A stretch of 64,000 nucleotides of DNA from an uncultured bacterium. GTDB lineage: Bacteria; Bacillota_I; Bacilli_A; RFN20; CAG-826. Location: the NCBI GenBank assembly GCA_949284685.1, contig CASDWE010000002.1:596106-660105 (forward strand). Direction: 5' to 3'. Below the pieces are notes generated by a model. It was given only the letters and a program-made list of their open reading frames with translations, made no database searches and was not told where the DNA came from. This document shows, piece by piece, positions 10,221-20,624 of this stretch (its first letter is position 1; every line of letters starts with the position of its first letter). Made by a program: the position numbers and the translations under genes.

Positions 10221-10688
10221 ATGAAAAATATAGTTTTTAAATTGCTTTTGTTAAATTGTACACTTATAAGTTTATCTTCGTGTTTAGCAATAGAAAAAAG
10301 AACTAACTTTGTAGTGCCGGGTGAATTTTATGGTGAGAATTTAGGCGTAACTTTCTATTTAAATATTAATAAAATTTCAAGAGATGATTTTGACGCTGCA
10401 GATGGATTAAATGTTTTAGAAGATTTTGCTAATCCTAATAATTATTATTCAATTGATTTTTATTACATTGATGATGACGATAATAAAATTAATTTGCCTT
10501 TCGAAAATTTTAAATATACGAGTACATCAATGCAGCCAGTTACATATATCGATGATTATAAAAATTATTTTACTCCAATGATTATGAATAAAAATGAGTT
10601 ATCAACTCAATTATTTGATAAATATTTTTATAGTATAGATTATAATAGATACAATTATGAATATTTTGTATATTTTAAGATGATATAA
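10221..10688 (+). CDS. Small lipoprotein, hypothetical
   Basis: It has a signal peptide and lipobox SLSSC, plus a VPGEFYGENLGVTFYL motif related to the C-terminus of the 6947 lipoprotein. There is an AAGGA RBS. Confidence 0.5.
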   Translation: MKNIVFKLLLLNCTLISLSSCLAIEKRTNFVVPGEFYGENLGVTFYLNINKISRDDFDAADGLNVLEDFANPNNYYSIDFYYIDDDDNKINLPFENFKYTSTSMQPVTYIDDYKNYFTPMIMNKNELSTQLFDKYFYSIDYNRYNYEYFVYFKMI

Positions 10689-10837
10689 TAAATTACTTTA
10701 AATTATAAATATGGCGTTTTTGCACTAATTTAAAAGAAATTTACGCAGTTTTTTGATTACTTAAAATTATTTTATAGTTATGTAAAGGCTTGTCGATAAA
10801 TATTTAAATTATATAATTATATATATTTGGAGGAATT

Positions 10838-11419
10838 ATGGAGCAAATAGATATTTCATTGTTTGATTGTATATTAGATAAAGACGAATATATTATTAAA
10901 ACAATTCGTCCAAACAAAAAAAGATATTGTCTCGTGAGTCAATTCGGTTATTTTATAAACTTTATTTTATTTTTTGTTATTGCAATCATTTTTTTAGTAT
11001 TGTCACTTAATAGCATCGTTGAAATGGGTTTCTTTTATGTTATTATCGGGTTAAGCGCTGCAATTTTGTTAGCGTTTATATGGAATATTATTTATGTATT
11101 AGTTAGCTATAAAAAAACATTTTATGCATGCACAAATAAAAGAATTATTATTCGTTCAGGATTTATTGGTGTTGATTTTAAAACCTTAGATATCAATATG
11201 ATTGGTACTATAAATGTTAATGTTTCATTTCTTGATAAGTTGATGAAAAAGAATACAGGTAGAATATCATTTGGTTCACAATCTTCACCAATGATTAATT
11301 ATCAAAATAATTACGTAAACAGCTTTGCTTTTGTTTGTCTTGATAATCCTTACGATTTGTATAAAGAAATTAAAGAAATTATTGATAGAGTTAAAAAGCA
11401 AGAAAAGGAGAAAAATTAA
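10838..11419 (+). CDS. Membrane protein with a bacterial PH (bPH_2 / YdbS-YdbT-like) domain
   Basis: Two TM helices are followed by YACTNKRIIIRSGFIGVDFKTLDINMIG...ISFGS, the typical bPH_2 pattern. There is a GGAGG RBS. Confidence 0.5.
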   Translation: MEQIDISLFDCILDKDEYIIKTIRPNKKRYCLVSQFGYFINFILFFVIAIIFLVLSLNSIVEMGFFYVIIGLSAAILLAFIWNIIYVLVSYKKTFYACTNKRIIIRSGFIGVDFKTLDINMIGTINVNVSFLDKLMKKNTGRISFGSQSSPMINYQNNYVNSFAFVCLDNPYDLYKEIKEIIDRVKKQEKEKN

Positions 11420-11421
11420 TT

Positions 11422-12228
11422 ATGTCAGAATGTAACCACGATTGTGAAAATTGCAGTCAAGATTGTGCTTCTAGAGAAAGTCAATCTTTAAAAGCTACTT
11501 TAAATGATGCTTCTCATATTAAAAAAACTATCGCTATTGTTTCGGGGAAAGGTGGCGTAGGTAAATCTTTAGTCGCTTCCTTATTAGCGGTCAGTCAAAA
11601 TCGCTTAAAGAAAGCAGTTGCGATTTTAGACGCTGATGTGACAGGTCCTTCAATTCCAAAATGTTTTGGTGTCCACGATCGTTTAGAAGGCGACGGTGAG
11701 TATATTTATCCATCTTTAAGTAAAAATAATATCAAATTGATAAGTGCCAACTTAATGATGGATGATGAAACCGAACCTATTATTTGGCGAGGACCTCTTA
11801 TTGCTAGTATGGTTAAGCAATTTTATAGTGATGTTAATTATGGCGATTTAGATTATTTATTTATTGATATGCCGCCAGGAACTGGCGATGTTTCTTTAAC
11901 TGTATTTCGATCATTAAATGTTGATGGAATTATTATTGTTACAACACCACAAGATCTTGTATCAATGATTGTTGAAAAAGCTATTAAAATGGCAAATATG
12001 ATGAATATTAAAGTTTTAGGTCTTGTAGAAAATATGTCATATGCCATTTGTCCTAAATGTGGAGAAAAGTTAGAAATATTTGGGCATAGTAAGGTTAATG
12101 ACGTGGCGAAAAAATATAACTTAGATATTTTAGCAAGAATACCAATTAATCAAAATTTAGCTAAATTATGTGATGAAGGAAAAATAGAGGAAGTTGAGCA
12201 AACATATTTTGAAAAAGTAAAATTATGA
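11422..12228 (+). CDS. Mrp/ApbC-family Fe-S cluster carrier ATPase
   Basis: The deviant Walker A IAIVSGKGGVGKS is present, followed by the CPxC region (ICPKCGE). The N-terminus is Cys-rich. There is an AAGGAG RBS. Confidence 0.8.
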   Translation: MSECNHDCENCSQDCASRESQSLKATLNDASHIKKTIAIVSGKGGVGKSLVASLLAVSQNRLKKAVAILDADVTGPSIPKCFGVHDRLEGDGEYIYPSLSKNNIKLISANLMMDDETEPIIWRGPLIASMVKQFYSDVNYGDLDYLFIDMPPGTGDVSLTVFRSLNVDGIIIVTTPQDLVSMIVEKAIKMANMMNIKVLGLVENMSYAICPKCGEKLEIFGHSKVNDVAKKYNLDILARIPINQNLAKLCDEGKIEEVEQTYFEKVKL

Positions 12229-13778
12229 GAAAACTATTTCGCTTTCTTTCGAGTAGATTTTTTTGGACTGCCTTGATTATTTTAATTGAGATTGGTTTAT
12301 TGTTTGTTTTTATTTTTGCACTGTCTAATTTGCATAAAAATATAGCTTTATATGTATATATTGCTATTGAAATCTTAAGTATATTTCAAATGATTTTTAT
12401 TATTTCCACGAATGGAAATATTGCTTATAAATTAGCGTGGGTATTTTTTGTTGGGGCTATACCTATCGTGGGATTTTTTTGTTATTTGATTTTTGGCAAT
12501 AAAAAAATTAGTAAACGACAAATTAAAAAAATAATGCCTATTTATATTTCTTTAAAAGATGCAAAATATGACACTAAGGCATTGGATTATGTTAAAAAGA
12601 ACAATCCTGACATTGGACATATTTTTGAATATCTTTATAAGCAAGGCGGAAACCCACCATTTGGCGATACGATTGTTAAATATTTTCCCCTTGGAGATAT
12701 CGCTTGGCCGATGATGTTAGAAAAACTCCAAAATGCTAAGCACTTCATTTTTATAGAATATTTTATTATCGCCTATGGTAAAATGTGGAATTCAATTTTA
12801 GCAATATTAAAACAAAAATCTATCGAAGGTTTAGATATTCGAATTATCTATGACGATTTTGGAAGTATAACAACACTTCCAAGTGATTTTGAACAGCGGA
12901 TGATAAATTTAGGCATTAAGTGTCATACGTATAATCGTTTTAAGCCTTTATTAGATGTCAAAATGAATAATCGTGATCATAGAAAGCTTTTAATAATAGA
13001 TGGTCATACTGGATTTACTGGTGGAATAAATATCGCGGATGAATATGTAAATTTAAAAATGCGTTTTGGGCATTGGAAAGATAACGCAATCATGCTAGTA
13101 GGGGAAGGAGTATGGGGATTAACCACAATGTTTTTAACTTTGTGGGATTTTCTTGATAATAGTCTGAGTGATTATAAAAATTTTTATTATGAAAAATACG
13201 CTAATGAACTTAGTAAACCAGTTAAAGAAAGCGGCTTTGTTCAACCATATAGCGATTTTCCTTTTGATAATGAAACCATTTCTCAAACGCTTTATATTAA
13301 TATTTTAATGCGTGCTAAAGATTATGTATTTATTACCACTCCTTATTTAATTTTATCTAACGAATTACAATTTGCTTTGACAAGTACAGCAAAGCAGGGT
13401 GTAAATGTTGTCGTTTTAACACCTCACATTCCCGATAAAAAATTAGTTTTCTCTGTAACGAGAAGCTATTATAGGAATTTATTAGAAGCAGGAGTAAAAA
13501 TTTATGAATATACACCAGGATTTGTCCATTCAAAAATGTTTATTTCTGATGACAAGGTCGCGGTAGTGGGTACCGCTAATTTAGATTATCGTTCTTTGTT
13601 TTTGCATATAGAAAATGGTGTTTTTATTTACGATAAGAAAGAAGTTTTGAATATGAAAAAAGATTTTCTAAATTCGTTAAAAGTTTCTCAACTATGGAAA
13701 CTTTCCGATTATAAGAAAATCAATATATTCAAAAGAATGTGGTGGTCATTTTTAAGATTGTTTGCCACTCTTATGTAG
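12225..13778 (+). CDS. cls: Cardiolipin synthase of the phospholipase D family
   Basis: N-terminal TM helices are present, with two HKD motifs (HRKLLIIDG... and HSKMFISDD). It overlaps the Mrp/ApbC gene by 4 nt. Confidence 0.8.
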   Translation: MRKLFRFLSSRFFWTALIILIEIGLLFVFIFALSNLHKNIALYVYIAIEILSIFQMIFIISTNGNIAYKLAWVFFVGAIPIVGFFCYLIFGNKKISKRQIKKIMPIYISLKDAKYDTKALDYVKKNNPDIGHIFEYLYKQGGNPPFGDTIVKYFPLGDIAWPMMLEKLQNAKHFIFIEYFIIAYGKMWNSILAILKQKSIEGLDIRIIYDDFGSITTLPSDFEQRMINLGIKCHTYNRFKPLLDVKMNNRDHRKLLIIDGHTGFTGGINIADEYVNLKMRFGHWKDNAIMLVGEGVWGLTTMFLTLWDFLDNSLSDYKNFYYEKYANELSKPVKESGFVQPYSDFPFDNETISQTLYINILMRAKDYVFITTPYLILSNELQFALTSTAKQGVNVVVLTPHIPDKKLVFSVTRSYYRNLLEAGVKIYEYTPGFVHSKMFISDDKVAVVGTANLDYRSLFLHIENGVFIYDKKEVLNMKKDFLNSLKVSQLWKLSDYKKINIFKRMWWSFLRLFATLM

Positions 13779-14184
13779 ATTTTTTAATTTTTTCTACAAG
13801 ATAGTTGATTATAGAACTTCTTCTAACAATTCCGATAAAATTGCCTAAATCATCATTTACAGGAACAAAGTTTTGATTAGAAATTAAATTAATAAGAGAA
13901 TCCATATCATTATTTATTGATATAGGTTTAATTTCTCTTGATGGCTTAACTTTACAAATGTTGATTTTTTCTGTTTTTTCAAAATCAAGACGATTATCTT
14001 TTAAATACCATAATAAATCCCCTTCAGAAATAGTTGTGATATATTTTCCTTTTTTTGAAAGAAGAGGAACCGCACTATAATGATGAAATTGCATTTTCTC
14101 TAAAGTTTGACGTATTGAATAGTCTTCTTCGACATATACAACACTTGATTTTGGAAGCAAAAAGAATAAAACGTTCATAAACAT
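13771..14184 (-). CDS. CBS-pair domain protein
   Basis: Two CBS-like segments are present: ...IRQTLEKMQFHHYSAVPLL... and ...GNFIGIVRRSSIINYL. Confidence 0.55.
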   Translation of the reverse strand: MFMNVLFFLLPKSSVVYVEEDYSIRQTLEKMQFHHYSAVPLLSKKGKYITTISEGDLLWYLKDNRLDFEKTEKINICKVKPSREIKPISINNDMDSLINLISNQNFVPVNDDLGNFIGIVRRSSIINYLVEKIKKST

Positions 14185-14813
14185 TCCTCCAATTCATTTA
14201 TATTATTTATTATTTTACAATTTATATCTTTTCTATTTTCTAAATAACCAAATCCATAATTAACTAATATACAATCAACATTACTATTTTTAGCAAATTC
14301 TAAATCAATTACACTATCGCCAACATATAAAACATCACTATTATTTAAATATAATTTTTGAATTACTGAAATCATCATTTCTTTATTTGGTTTTGTTTGT
14401 AATTTATTAGTTTGTCCTAATACAACATCAAATAAATTTGGATAAAACTTATTTATTAATAATGTGCAAATATCATTTGGTTTATTAGAAATTAATGCGA
14501 GTTTTGCACCCTTTTGTTTGATTTTTGCAAGAAAATCGAAAACCCCAGGATATGGTTTTGTGTACACATCAAAATGTGATAAATAATAATTTTTATAATC
14601 ATTATAGACAATATCAAACAATTCCAAACGTTTATCATCCATTGCATTTTTTATTAAATGATTAGAACCTAATCCTAAATAGGTCTGAATTGTTTTTTCA
14701 TCTTTTTGTAAAAATCCATGTTTTTTCAAAGAAAAATTAACTGCTTCAGTTATATCTTTTAACGTATTTAAAACAGTGCCATCTAAATCAAAAAAAACAG
14801 CTTTATATTTCAT
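14175..14813 (-). CDS. HAD-family hydrolase of the phosphoglycolate phosphatase/PGMB type
   Basis: Motif I FFDLDGTVLNT, motif II LISNK and motif III GDSVIDLEFA are present. Confidence 0.7.
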   Translation of the reverse strand: MKYKAVFFDLDGTVLNTLKDITEAVNFSLKKHGFLQKDEKTIQTYLGLGSNHLIKNAMDDKRLELFDIVYNDYKNYYLSHFDVYTKPYPGVFDFLAKIKQKGAKLALISNKPNDICTLLINKFYPNLFDVVLGQTNKLQTKPNKEMMISVIQKLYLNNSDVLYVGDSVIDLEFAKNSNVDCILVNYGFGYLENRKDINCKIINNINELEECL

Positions 14814-15910
14814 AAATTAAAACCTAAAACATCTATAATCATTTCTTTGTCAAGGCCACCGCCGTGATGACCAATAAAATGATTTTCATCGCGGCTAACA
14901 AACATCGCTTTATTTGAAATTGAAACTGCAAGGCAATCACCTAAAAATGATAATGCCTCATTGCTATATTTTGCATATCCAAATAAATTATTATTGATAA
15001 CTTCTTGCCTTGTATATAATTCAAAATCGCTAGAGAAATATTTATTAAACAATTTGATGAATTCTTCCTTTTTATTTTCTTTTATCTTAAAATTTGGAGA
15101 ACGAACTTCAAAACTTGGATGATAATATAAAGTCGATAAAAAATCTGGATAATCTTCTAAATAAATTGGCTCAATATTAATTTGACCATGATCGGCAATA
15201 ACAAAAATAGTAAATTCTGGATTATTTTTAGCAAATTGTTGGACTGTATCGTTTATGTTTTTAATATGATTTTTAACTTGAATAGAATCTACACCAAAAT
15301 CATGTGAATCATGGTCTGGATTAGTAAAATAAGCGTATGTAAATGTTGTTTCTTGTCTATTTGCTTTTTCTTGAACTTTTATTAATAATTCATCAAGAGT
15401 TTTTGGTCCACTTTTATCAACTGGATATTGGAAAACAGAAGAAGCAATTTCACAATTATTTGTTTTGTTTATTAATGTTGTAATTGATATATAAGGTTTA
15501 AGTTGTTTATATATTATTTCTTTATCGATAAACTCGTCCGTTTGACTATTTGCACCAGTAAATACATCAGCATTGACTTTGAAATCATCAAATGGTTGAG
15601 ACCAAGCCATATAACCTGTTTCACAAGGATATTTCCCACTTAATAAAGCAGTAGTAGCCGCTACTGTGGTAGGAGGAAAAGTAGATGTGATTGTTAATAT
15701 TTTATGTTTTAGCAAAAAACTAGAAACATCTTTATGAATATTTAATAAATAATCGCCCATTCCATCGCAAAGCAAAACGACTATTTTCTTTTTATCTTTA
15801 ATGATGTCAAAAAGAGAATCGATCTGTCTATGAAATGGTTTAACACCATATTTTTTCAAGAAAGTATTAGAGAAGTTTATCAAAGATAAATCTTTATCAA
15901 TCTTAAACAT
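14810..15910 (-). CDS. Alkaline-phosphatase-superfamily metalloenzyme, type I phosphodiesterase/nucleotide pyrophosphatase-like
   Basis: The metal-site motifs VVLLCDGMGDY and IADHGQI are present. It overlaps the HAD gene, forming a CBS-HAD-phosphatase operon on the minus strand. Confidence 0.55.
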   Translation of the reverse strand: MFKIDKDLSLINFSNTFLKKYGVKPFHRQIDSLFDIIKDKKKIVVLLCDGMGDYLLNIHKDVSSFLLKHKILTITSTFPPTTVAATTALLSGKYPCETGYMAWSQPFDDFKVNADVFTGANSQTDEFIDKEIIYKQLKPYISITTLINKTNNCEIASSVFQYPVDKSGPKTLDELLIKVQEKANRQETTFTYAYFTNPDHDSHDFGVDSIQVKNHIKNINDTVQQFAKNNPEFTIFVIADHGQINIEPIYLEDYPDFLSTLYYHPSFEVRSPNFKIKENKKEEFIKLFNKYFSSDFELYTRQEVINNNLFGYAKYSNEALSFLGDCLAVSISNKAMFVSRDENHFIGHHGGGLDKEMIIDVLGFNL

Positions 15911-15987
15911 AAATTAAATATAACATTATTTAATATAAATGTAAAAAAATAAGGCAATATTTTGTTAATGTATTATAATTTATATAC

Positions 15988-16063
15988 ACGCCAATAGCTC
16001 AATTGGATAGAGCATTAGACTTCGAATCTAACGGTTGCGGGTTCAAATCCTGTTTGGCGTGCC
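15988..16063 (+). tRNA. tRNA-Arg, anticodon UCG
   Basis: The acceptor stem acgccaa/ttggcgt pairs perfectly. D-arm agctcaattggatagagc, anticodon loop ctTCGaa and T-loop ttcaaat are present, with an encoded CCA. Confidence 0.7.
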
Positions 16064-16584
16064 ACTTGTTAAATAATATTTATGACTCTTATTAGTTATA
16101 GATTTTTTAATAAATAAAACTTTTTGTCATCAAACCACGTTTTAAATTTTGTATTTAACTTAGTATTTCCAAAATATGCATTAATTATATTTGTAAATAT
16201 AACCACAAACATATAAAAATGGTTGTGATAAGAAGTTCGATTAACAAAATGTTCTTTCACAAGCTTTCAAAAAACTGCAAGATTTCTACATTTAAAGACG
16301 CTATGAAATTATTAATGATAGAAAAACATTCTTGCAAGGCGGCATCTTATTCAAACAAGTATGATTTTGCTCACGATATACGATTTGAAGATGTGTTGCG
16401 TGCAATATTAAAAGTTATAAAAAATTATAACGAGTGGTAAGAATCAAAATATATAGAGAATTAAAACTAGTTTTTAATTTAAAATTTTTTAATAGTTTTT
16501 GTGAAAGCATGTGTTTTACCATGCAACTAAAACATTTATTTTTTTATTGTGTGTGAATATAATATAATCATCTTATAGATAGCG

Positions 16585-17457
16585 ATGACAATTACGAATA
16601 AGAAAGAATGTTTGTTTTTGGGTTTAATAGTTGTTTTTGACTTTATCATTTTTCTTATTTTTTCTCTTGTAACGTTATACACAAACGTCAATTATAATTC
16701 GTTATTTTTTACTCATTTTTTCTTTGTTATATTCTCATTAATTGCTTTTTTAATTTTGTTGTTTTTTGCTAAAGAAAGACACCGGGGATATATTTTTCAA
16801 ACAATTATTGCATCAGCGGTATTACTGATATTTTTAATAGGTTATTTAATTGATGATTTTTCTATCAGTGGTATAAATTTTCAAATTTTAGCACTTTCTA
16901 ATTCGTTTGTAATTTCATTAATCATCAAAGTTCAAATTCTAATTAATTTAATAATTGAGTATTTTTTAAAACCTATTTCTAAAACTTTTTCTCATTTAGC
17001 TTTATCTCTTATCTCTATATTTGGATTTGTTATTGAAATTTTAGCATTTGGTTTAATTTTTTCATTAATGTTAGGTGGAAATGAAACCAATTCTATAACC
17101 ATTAAATTATTTTTATATGTACTTGTCCTTATTAATATTTTAAGTGTTTTTTCTATTTCTACGATATTGAATGAAATTTATTTAGATAAGAAAATTTTAA
17201 ATATTATCTTGAATGTAACCATGTCATTAAGTGTATTTGTTATTATGATGAATGTATATTTAGCAATGGAAAGAATTTTGTTTGGACCAATTTCCGCTGA
17301 TAGTATTGGTGAGGCACTAGGAAATGGCATAGCGTTGATGGTTTATGTTGGTATTATATTAGTTCCAGCAATTTTGTTTGCAGTAGCACAATTTGTTTTG
17401 ATAATTATTGCATTAATTAAAAGTATTAAAGAAAAAAGCAATCATGTTAATGAATAG
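16585..17457 (+). CDS. Polytopic membrane protein, hypothetical
   Basis: The 290-aa ORF has at least 7 hydrophobic helices. No RBS is recognisable. Confidence 0.4.
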   Translation: MTITNKKECLFLGLIVVFDFIIFLIFSLVTLYTNVNYNSLFFTHFFFVIFSLIAFLILLFFAKERHRGYIFQTIIASAVLLIFLIGYLIDDFSISGINFQILALSNSFVISLIIKVQILINLIIEYFLKPISKTFSHLALSLISIFGFVIEILAFGLIFSLMLGGNETNSITIKLFLYVLVLINILSVFSISTILNEIYLDKKILNIILNVTMSLSVFVIMMNVYLAMERILFGPISADSIGEALGNGIALMVYVGIILVPAILFAVAQFVLIIIALIKSIKEKSNHVNE

Positions 17458-17483
17458 TTTTCGCAATTTACTTTGGTAAAAGA

Positions 17484-18773
17484 TTGTTCGATAATATAAA
17501 TATGAAAAAAATATTTCCTTTCATTAGCATTTTAATTCTTAGTTTAACAACATCTTGTGCAAATCAAGTTAATTATCAAGTGTTGAGTGCACCTTATGAC
17601 AAAAGTCAATATAGCGAACTGACTAAAAATAAATTTTCTTATGAAACTTTAATTAATAGCACAAATAGTTTTGCTAATAAATTCATGGATGCAATATACG
17701 ATGGTGATAGCAATGATAATTTAGTTATTTCTCCTATATCGATTTATACCTCATTAGCGTTATCTAGTGCTATTACAAATGGAAACACCAAATCAGAAAT
17801 TTTATCCGCTTTAGGTGTTGACTATGATGTCTTGTTAGAAAGCTTTGACGATTTGTATTTCAAATTAAATAGCATTTATGATGAGGGAATGATATCATTA
17901 AGCAATTCTCTTTGGATAAATCAAAATATTGATGTTAAGAAAAATTGTTTAGATGTTTTAGGAAATAATTTTTTAACTCACTCTTTTTATGTTGATTTTG
18001 TCAATAACACAAAAGGAGCAATACAGGCGATTCATGACTTTGTTTTTGAAAAAACAAACGGCTTAATTGACAAATATTATGCTTTAGATTCTTTTACATC
18101 ATTAGTAATATTAAATACGCTGTATTTAAAAGATACATGGAATATTTTTGGTGAAGATTTAAATTACACTAATGAGACATATTCCTTTGTTGATTCAAAA
18201 GGAAATGTCACAAACAAACAATTTATTTCTCCAAAATATAATCTTGGAAGAACATATGATAATGGGAACTTTAAAACATTTTATTCTACAACCGAAAACG
18301 GATTTAAAATTGATTTTATTGTTCCTAATGATGGATATTCAATACAAGATGTTTTTAACAAAGAAACTTTAGATATCTTAGATAATGTAGAATACACGAT
18401 TACAAACGATGAAGAAATGCTTAGATACAACACAAGTTGTGTGTTTCCAGAATTTCACGCTGAATATGATCAAGATATTAAAGGCATTTTGTGTGATGAA
18501 TTTAATATTGTAGATTTTTTCTCTAGCCAATGCGATTTATCAAGTTTAACAAATGGTGGTGGAAGTTGTTCTTCAGTGATACATACTGTTAATTTAACTG
18601 TCGATAAATCTGGTATGTTAGGTGCAGCAGCAACTGCACAAATTATATCCACTAGTCCTGGCCCAGATGGATATACCGATGTATATGAACATTTTGTAGT
18701 AGACAAATCTTTTGGCTATGTTATTTCAAGAAATAATATAAAATTATTTTGTGGTGTAATAAATAATATTTAA
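17484..18773 (+). CDS. Serpin (serine protease inhibitor), lipoprotein form
   Basis: It has a signal peptide and lipobox LTTSC. The serpin N-terminal region VISPISIYTSLALSSAIT is present. The hinge GMLGAAATAQII matches the serpin hinge GTEAAAAT. The C-terminal FVVDKSFGYVISRNNIKLFCGVIN matches the FxxDxPFxFxI...LFxG pattern. Confidence 0.75.
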   Translation: MFDNINMKKIFPFISILILSLTTSCANQVNYQVLSAPYDKSQYSELTKNKFSYETLINSTNSFANKFMDAIYDGDSNDNLVISPISIYTSLALSSAITNGNTKSEILSALGVDYDVLLESFDDLYFKLNSIYDEGMISLSNSLWINQNIDVKKNCLDVLGNNFLTHSFYVDFVNNTKGAIQAIHDFVFEKTNGLIDKYYALDSFTSLVILNTLYLKDTWNIFGEDLNYTNETYSFVDSKGNVTNKQFISPKYNLGRTYDNGNFKTFYSTTENGFKIDFIVPNDGYSIQDVFNKETLDILDNVEYTITNDEEMLRYNTSCVFPEFHAEYDQDIKGILCDEFNIVDFFSSQCDLSSLTNGGGSCSSVIHTVNLTVDKSGMLGAAATAQIISTSPGPDGYTDVYEHFVVDKSFGYVISRNNIKLFCGVINNI

Positions 18774-18782
18774 GGAGAGAAT

Positions 18783-19304
18783 ATGTTAAACGAAATTATA
18801 AATAATATTATCTTGCGTCGTAGTTGTCGTTCGTTTTTAAATAAGCCAATTTTAAAAGATGAATTAGATCAAATTCTTCTTGCTGGAACTTACGCTCCTA
18901 GCGGTAGGGGTGCTCAATCTCCTGTAATTGTTGCTATTACTAATCCTGATGAACGAAACCTTGTTAGTAAACTTAATGCTCAAATATTAAATTCTCATAA
19001 TGATCCCTACTATGGTGCACCATATATCATTCTTGTTTTAGCAGATAGTAATATTAATACATATATTGAAGACGGTAGTTGTGCTTTAGAAAATATGATG
19101 TTAGCAGCAACATCTTTAGGAATAGGAAGTTGTTGGATACATCGTGAGCGAGAAATGTTTGAAACCGAACAAGGAAAACAACTTTTAAAAAAGTGGGGTC
19201 TTTCCGAATCTTTAAAAGGGGTTGGTAGTCTAGCCATTGGCTATCCAAAAGAACTTAAGACAGAAGCAAAACCTCGCAAATCGGATTATATTAAAATTAT
19301 TTAG
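18783..19304 (+). CDS. Nitroreductase-family protein
   Basis: RRSCRSF...AGTYAPSG...SCW is typical of the FMN nitroreductase fold. There is an AAGGAG RBS. Confidence 0.7.
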   Translation: MLNEIINNIILRRSCRSFLNKPILKDELDQILLAGTYAPSGRGAQSPVIVAITNPDERNLVSKLNAQILNSHNDPYYGAPYIILVLADSNINTYIEDGSCALENMMLAATSLGIGSCWIHREREMFETEQGKQLLKKWGLSESLKGVGSLAIGYPKELKTEAKPRKSDYIKII

Positions 19305-20622
19305 ACTTTAATTTTTCTTTAATTTCTTTTATTTGTTTTAGACGTTCTTTATATCTAATTTCTAATCCTTCTTCACTAGGATGATAATATATTTTATTTT
19401 TTAAAGAATCTGGTAAACATTGCATGTTCGCCATTTTTTCTTTTGTGTCGTGAGCATAAACATAACCTTTTCCATATCCTAAATTTTTCATTAATGAAGT
19501 TTCAGCATTTCTTATCACCAATGGGACAGGTTCGTCTAGCATATTTAAAGCGTCTTCTTTTGCTAAATTATATGCAACTTCCATTGAATTTGATTTTGGA
19601 GACATTGCCATATATGTAACAGCGTGAGTTAAAATAACATTGCATTCTGGCATCCCTAAATAGTGGCAGGCTTGATAAGCATCTACAGCGATTGATAATG
19701 CCTTAGAATCAGCAAGACCAATATCTTCACTAGCAAAACGAATTATTCTTCTTGCAATATATAATGGATCTTCTCCAGACTCTAACATTCTGGCTAACCA
19801 ATATATCGCAGCGTCTGGATCTGAATTTCTCATCGACTTATGTAAGGCACTTATCAAGTTATAATGTTCTTCTCCTTTTTTATCATATAAGAAAGTTTTT
19901 TTAGAAGTGCATTGCTCTATATTGTTTTTATCAACTAAAATAGAGCCATCGCTTTTAACTTTCCCATTTAAAATTGCCATTTCTAAGGTGGTAAGAGCAT
20001 TTCTTGCATCTCCATTTGAAAATAATGCAATTGCATTTAATAATTCTTTAGAAATATTTATTTTTTGATTTCCGTAACCATTTGGACTTTTAAGAGCGTT
20101 TTGCAAAATTTCTAAAATATCATCAGTAGATAATTGATTTAATACAAATACTTTACAGCGAGATAAAAGCGCAGAATTCACTTCAAATGAAGGATTTTCT
20201 GTTGTTGCACCTATCAATATTATGCTCCCTTTTTCTACATATGGTAAAAAAGCATCTTGCTGAGCCTTGTTAAAGCGATGTATTTCATCCACAAACAAAA
20301 TAGTTTTTTCACCAAACTGTCTATTTTTTTCCGCTTCTTCCATAACGTTTTTTATTTCTTTTATGCCAGATGTTACAGCACTAAAATCAATAAAATGAGC
20401 TTTGGTTTTATTTGCTATTATTCTTGCAAGTGTTGTTTTGCCAACACCTGGCGGACCCCAAAATATCATCGACCCGACATTATCGCTTTCGATAATATTT
20501 CTTAAAACTTTGCCTTTACCTAAAAGATGTTTTTGTCCGATAAAATCTTCTAAAGTATTTGGTCTAAGTCTTGCCGCTAAAGGCTGCGAATCTATTTTTT
20601 CAAATAAATTAATTTGTTCCAT
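19297..20622 (-). CDS. rarA: Replication-associated recombination protein A (MgsA/RarA AAA+ ATPase)
   Basis: Walker A GPPGVGKTTLA, Walker B ILFVDEIHRFNKAQQD and the C-terminal MgsA helical domain are present. Confidence 0.85.
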   Translation of the reverse strand: MEQINLFEKIDSQPLAARLRPNTLEDFIGQKHLLGKGKVLRNIIESDNVGSMIFWGPPGVGKTTLARIIANKTKAHFIDFSAVTSGIKEIKNVMEEAEKNRQFGEKTILFVDEIHRFNKAQQDAFLPYVEKGSIILIGATTENPSFEVNSALLSRCKVFVLNQLSTDDILEILQNALKSPNGYGNQKINISKELLNAIALFSNGDARNALTTLEMAILNGKVKSDGSILVDKNNIEQCTSKKTFLYDKKGEEHYNLISALHKSMRNSDPDAAIYWLARMLESGEDPLYIARRIIRFASEDIGLADSKALSIAVDAYQACHYLGMPECNVILTHAVTYMAMSPKSNSMEVAYNLAKEDALNMLDEPVPLVIRNAETSLMKNLGYGKGYVYAHDTKEKMANMQCLPDSLKNKIYYHPSEEGLEIRYKERLKQIKEIKEKLKSK

Positions 20623-20624
20623 AT

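Noticed and set aside
16219-16440. 73-aa ORF after tRNA-Arg
   Set aside because: It has a TTG/ATG start without an RBS. It has no motif and sits in an AT-rich intergenic region. It is too weak to call as a gene.
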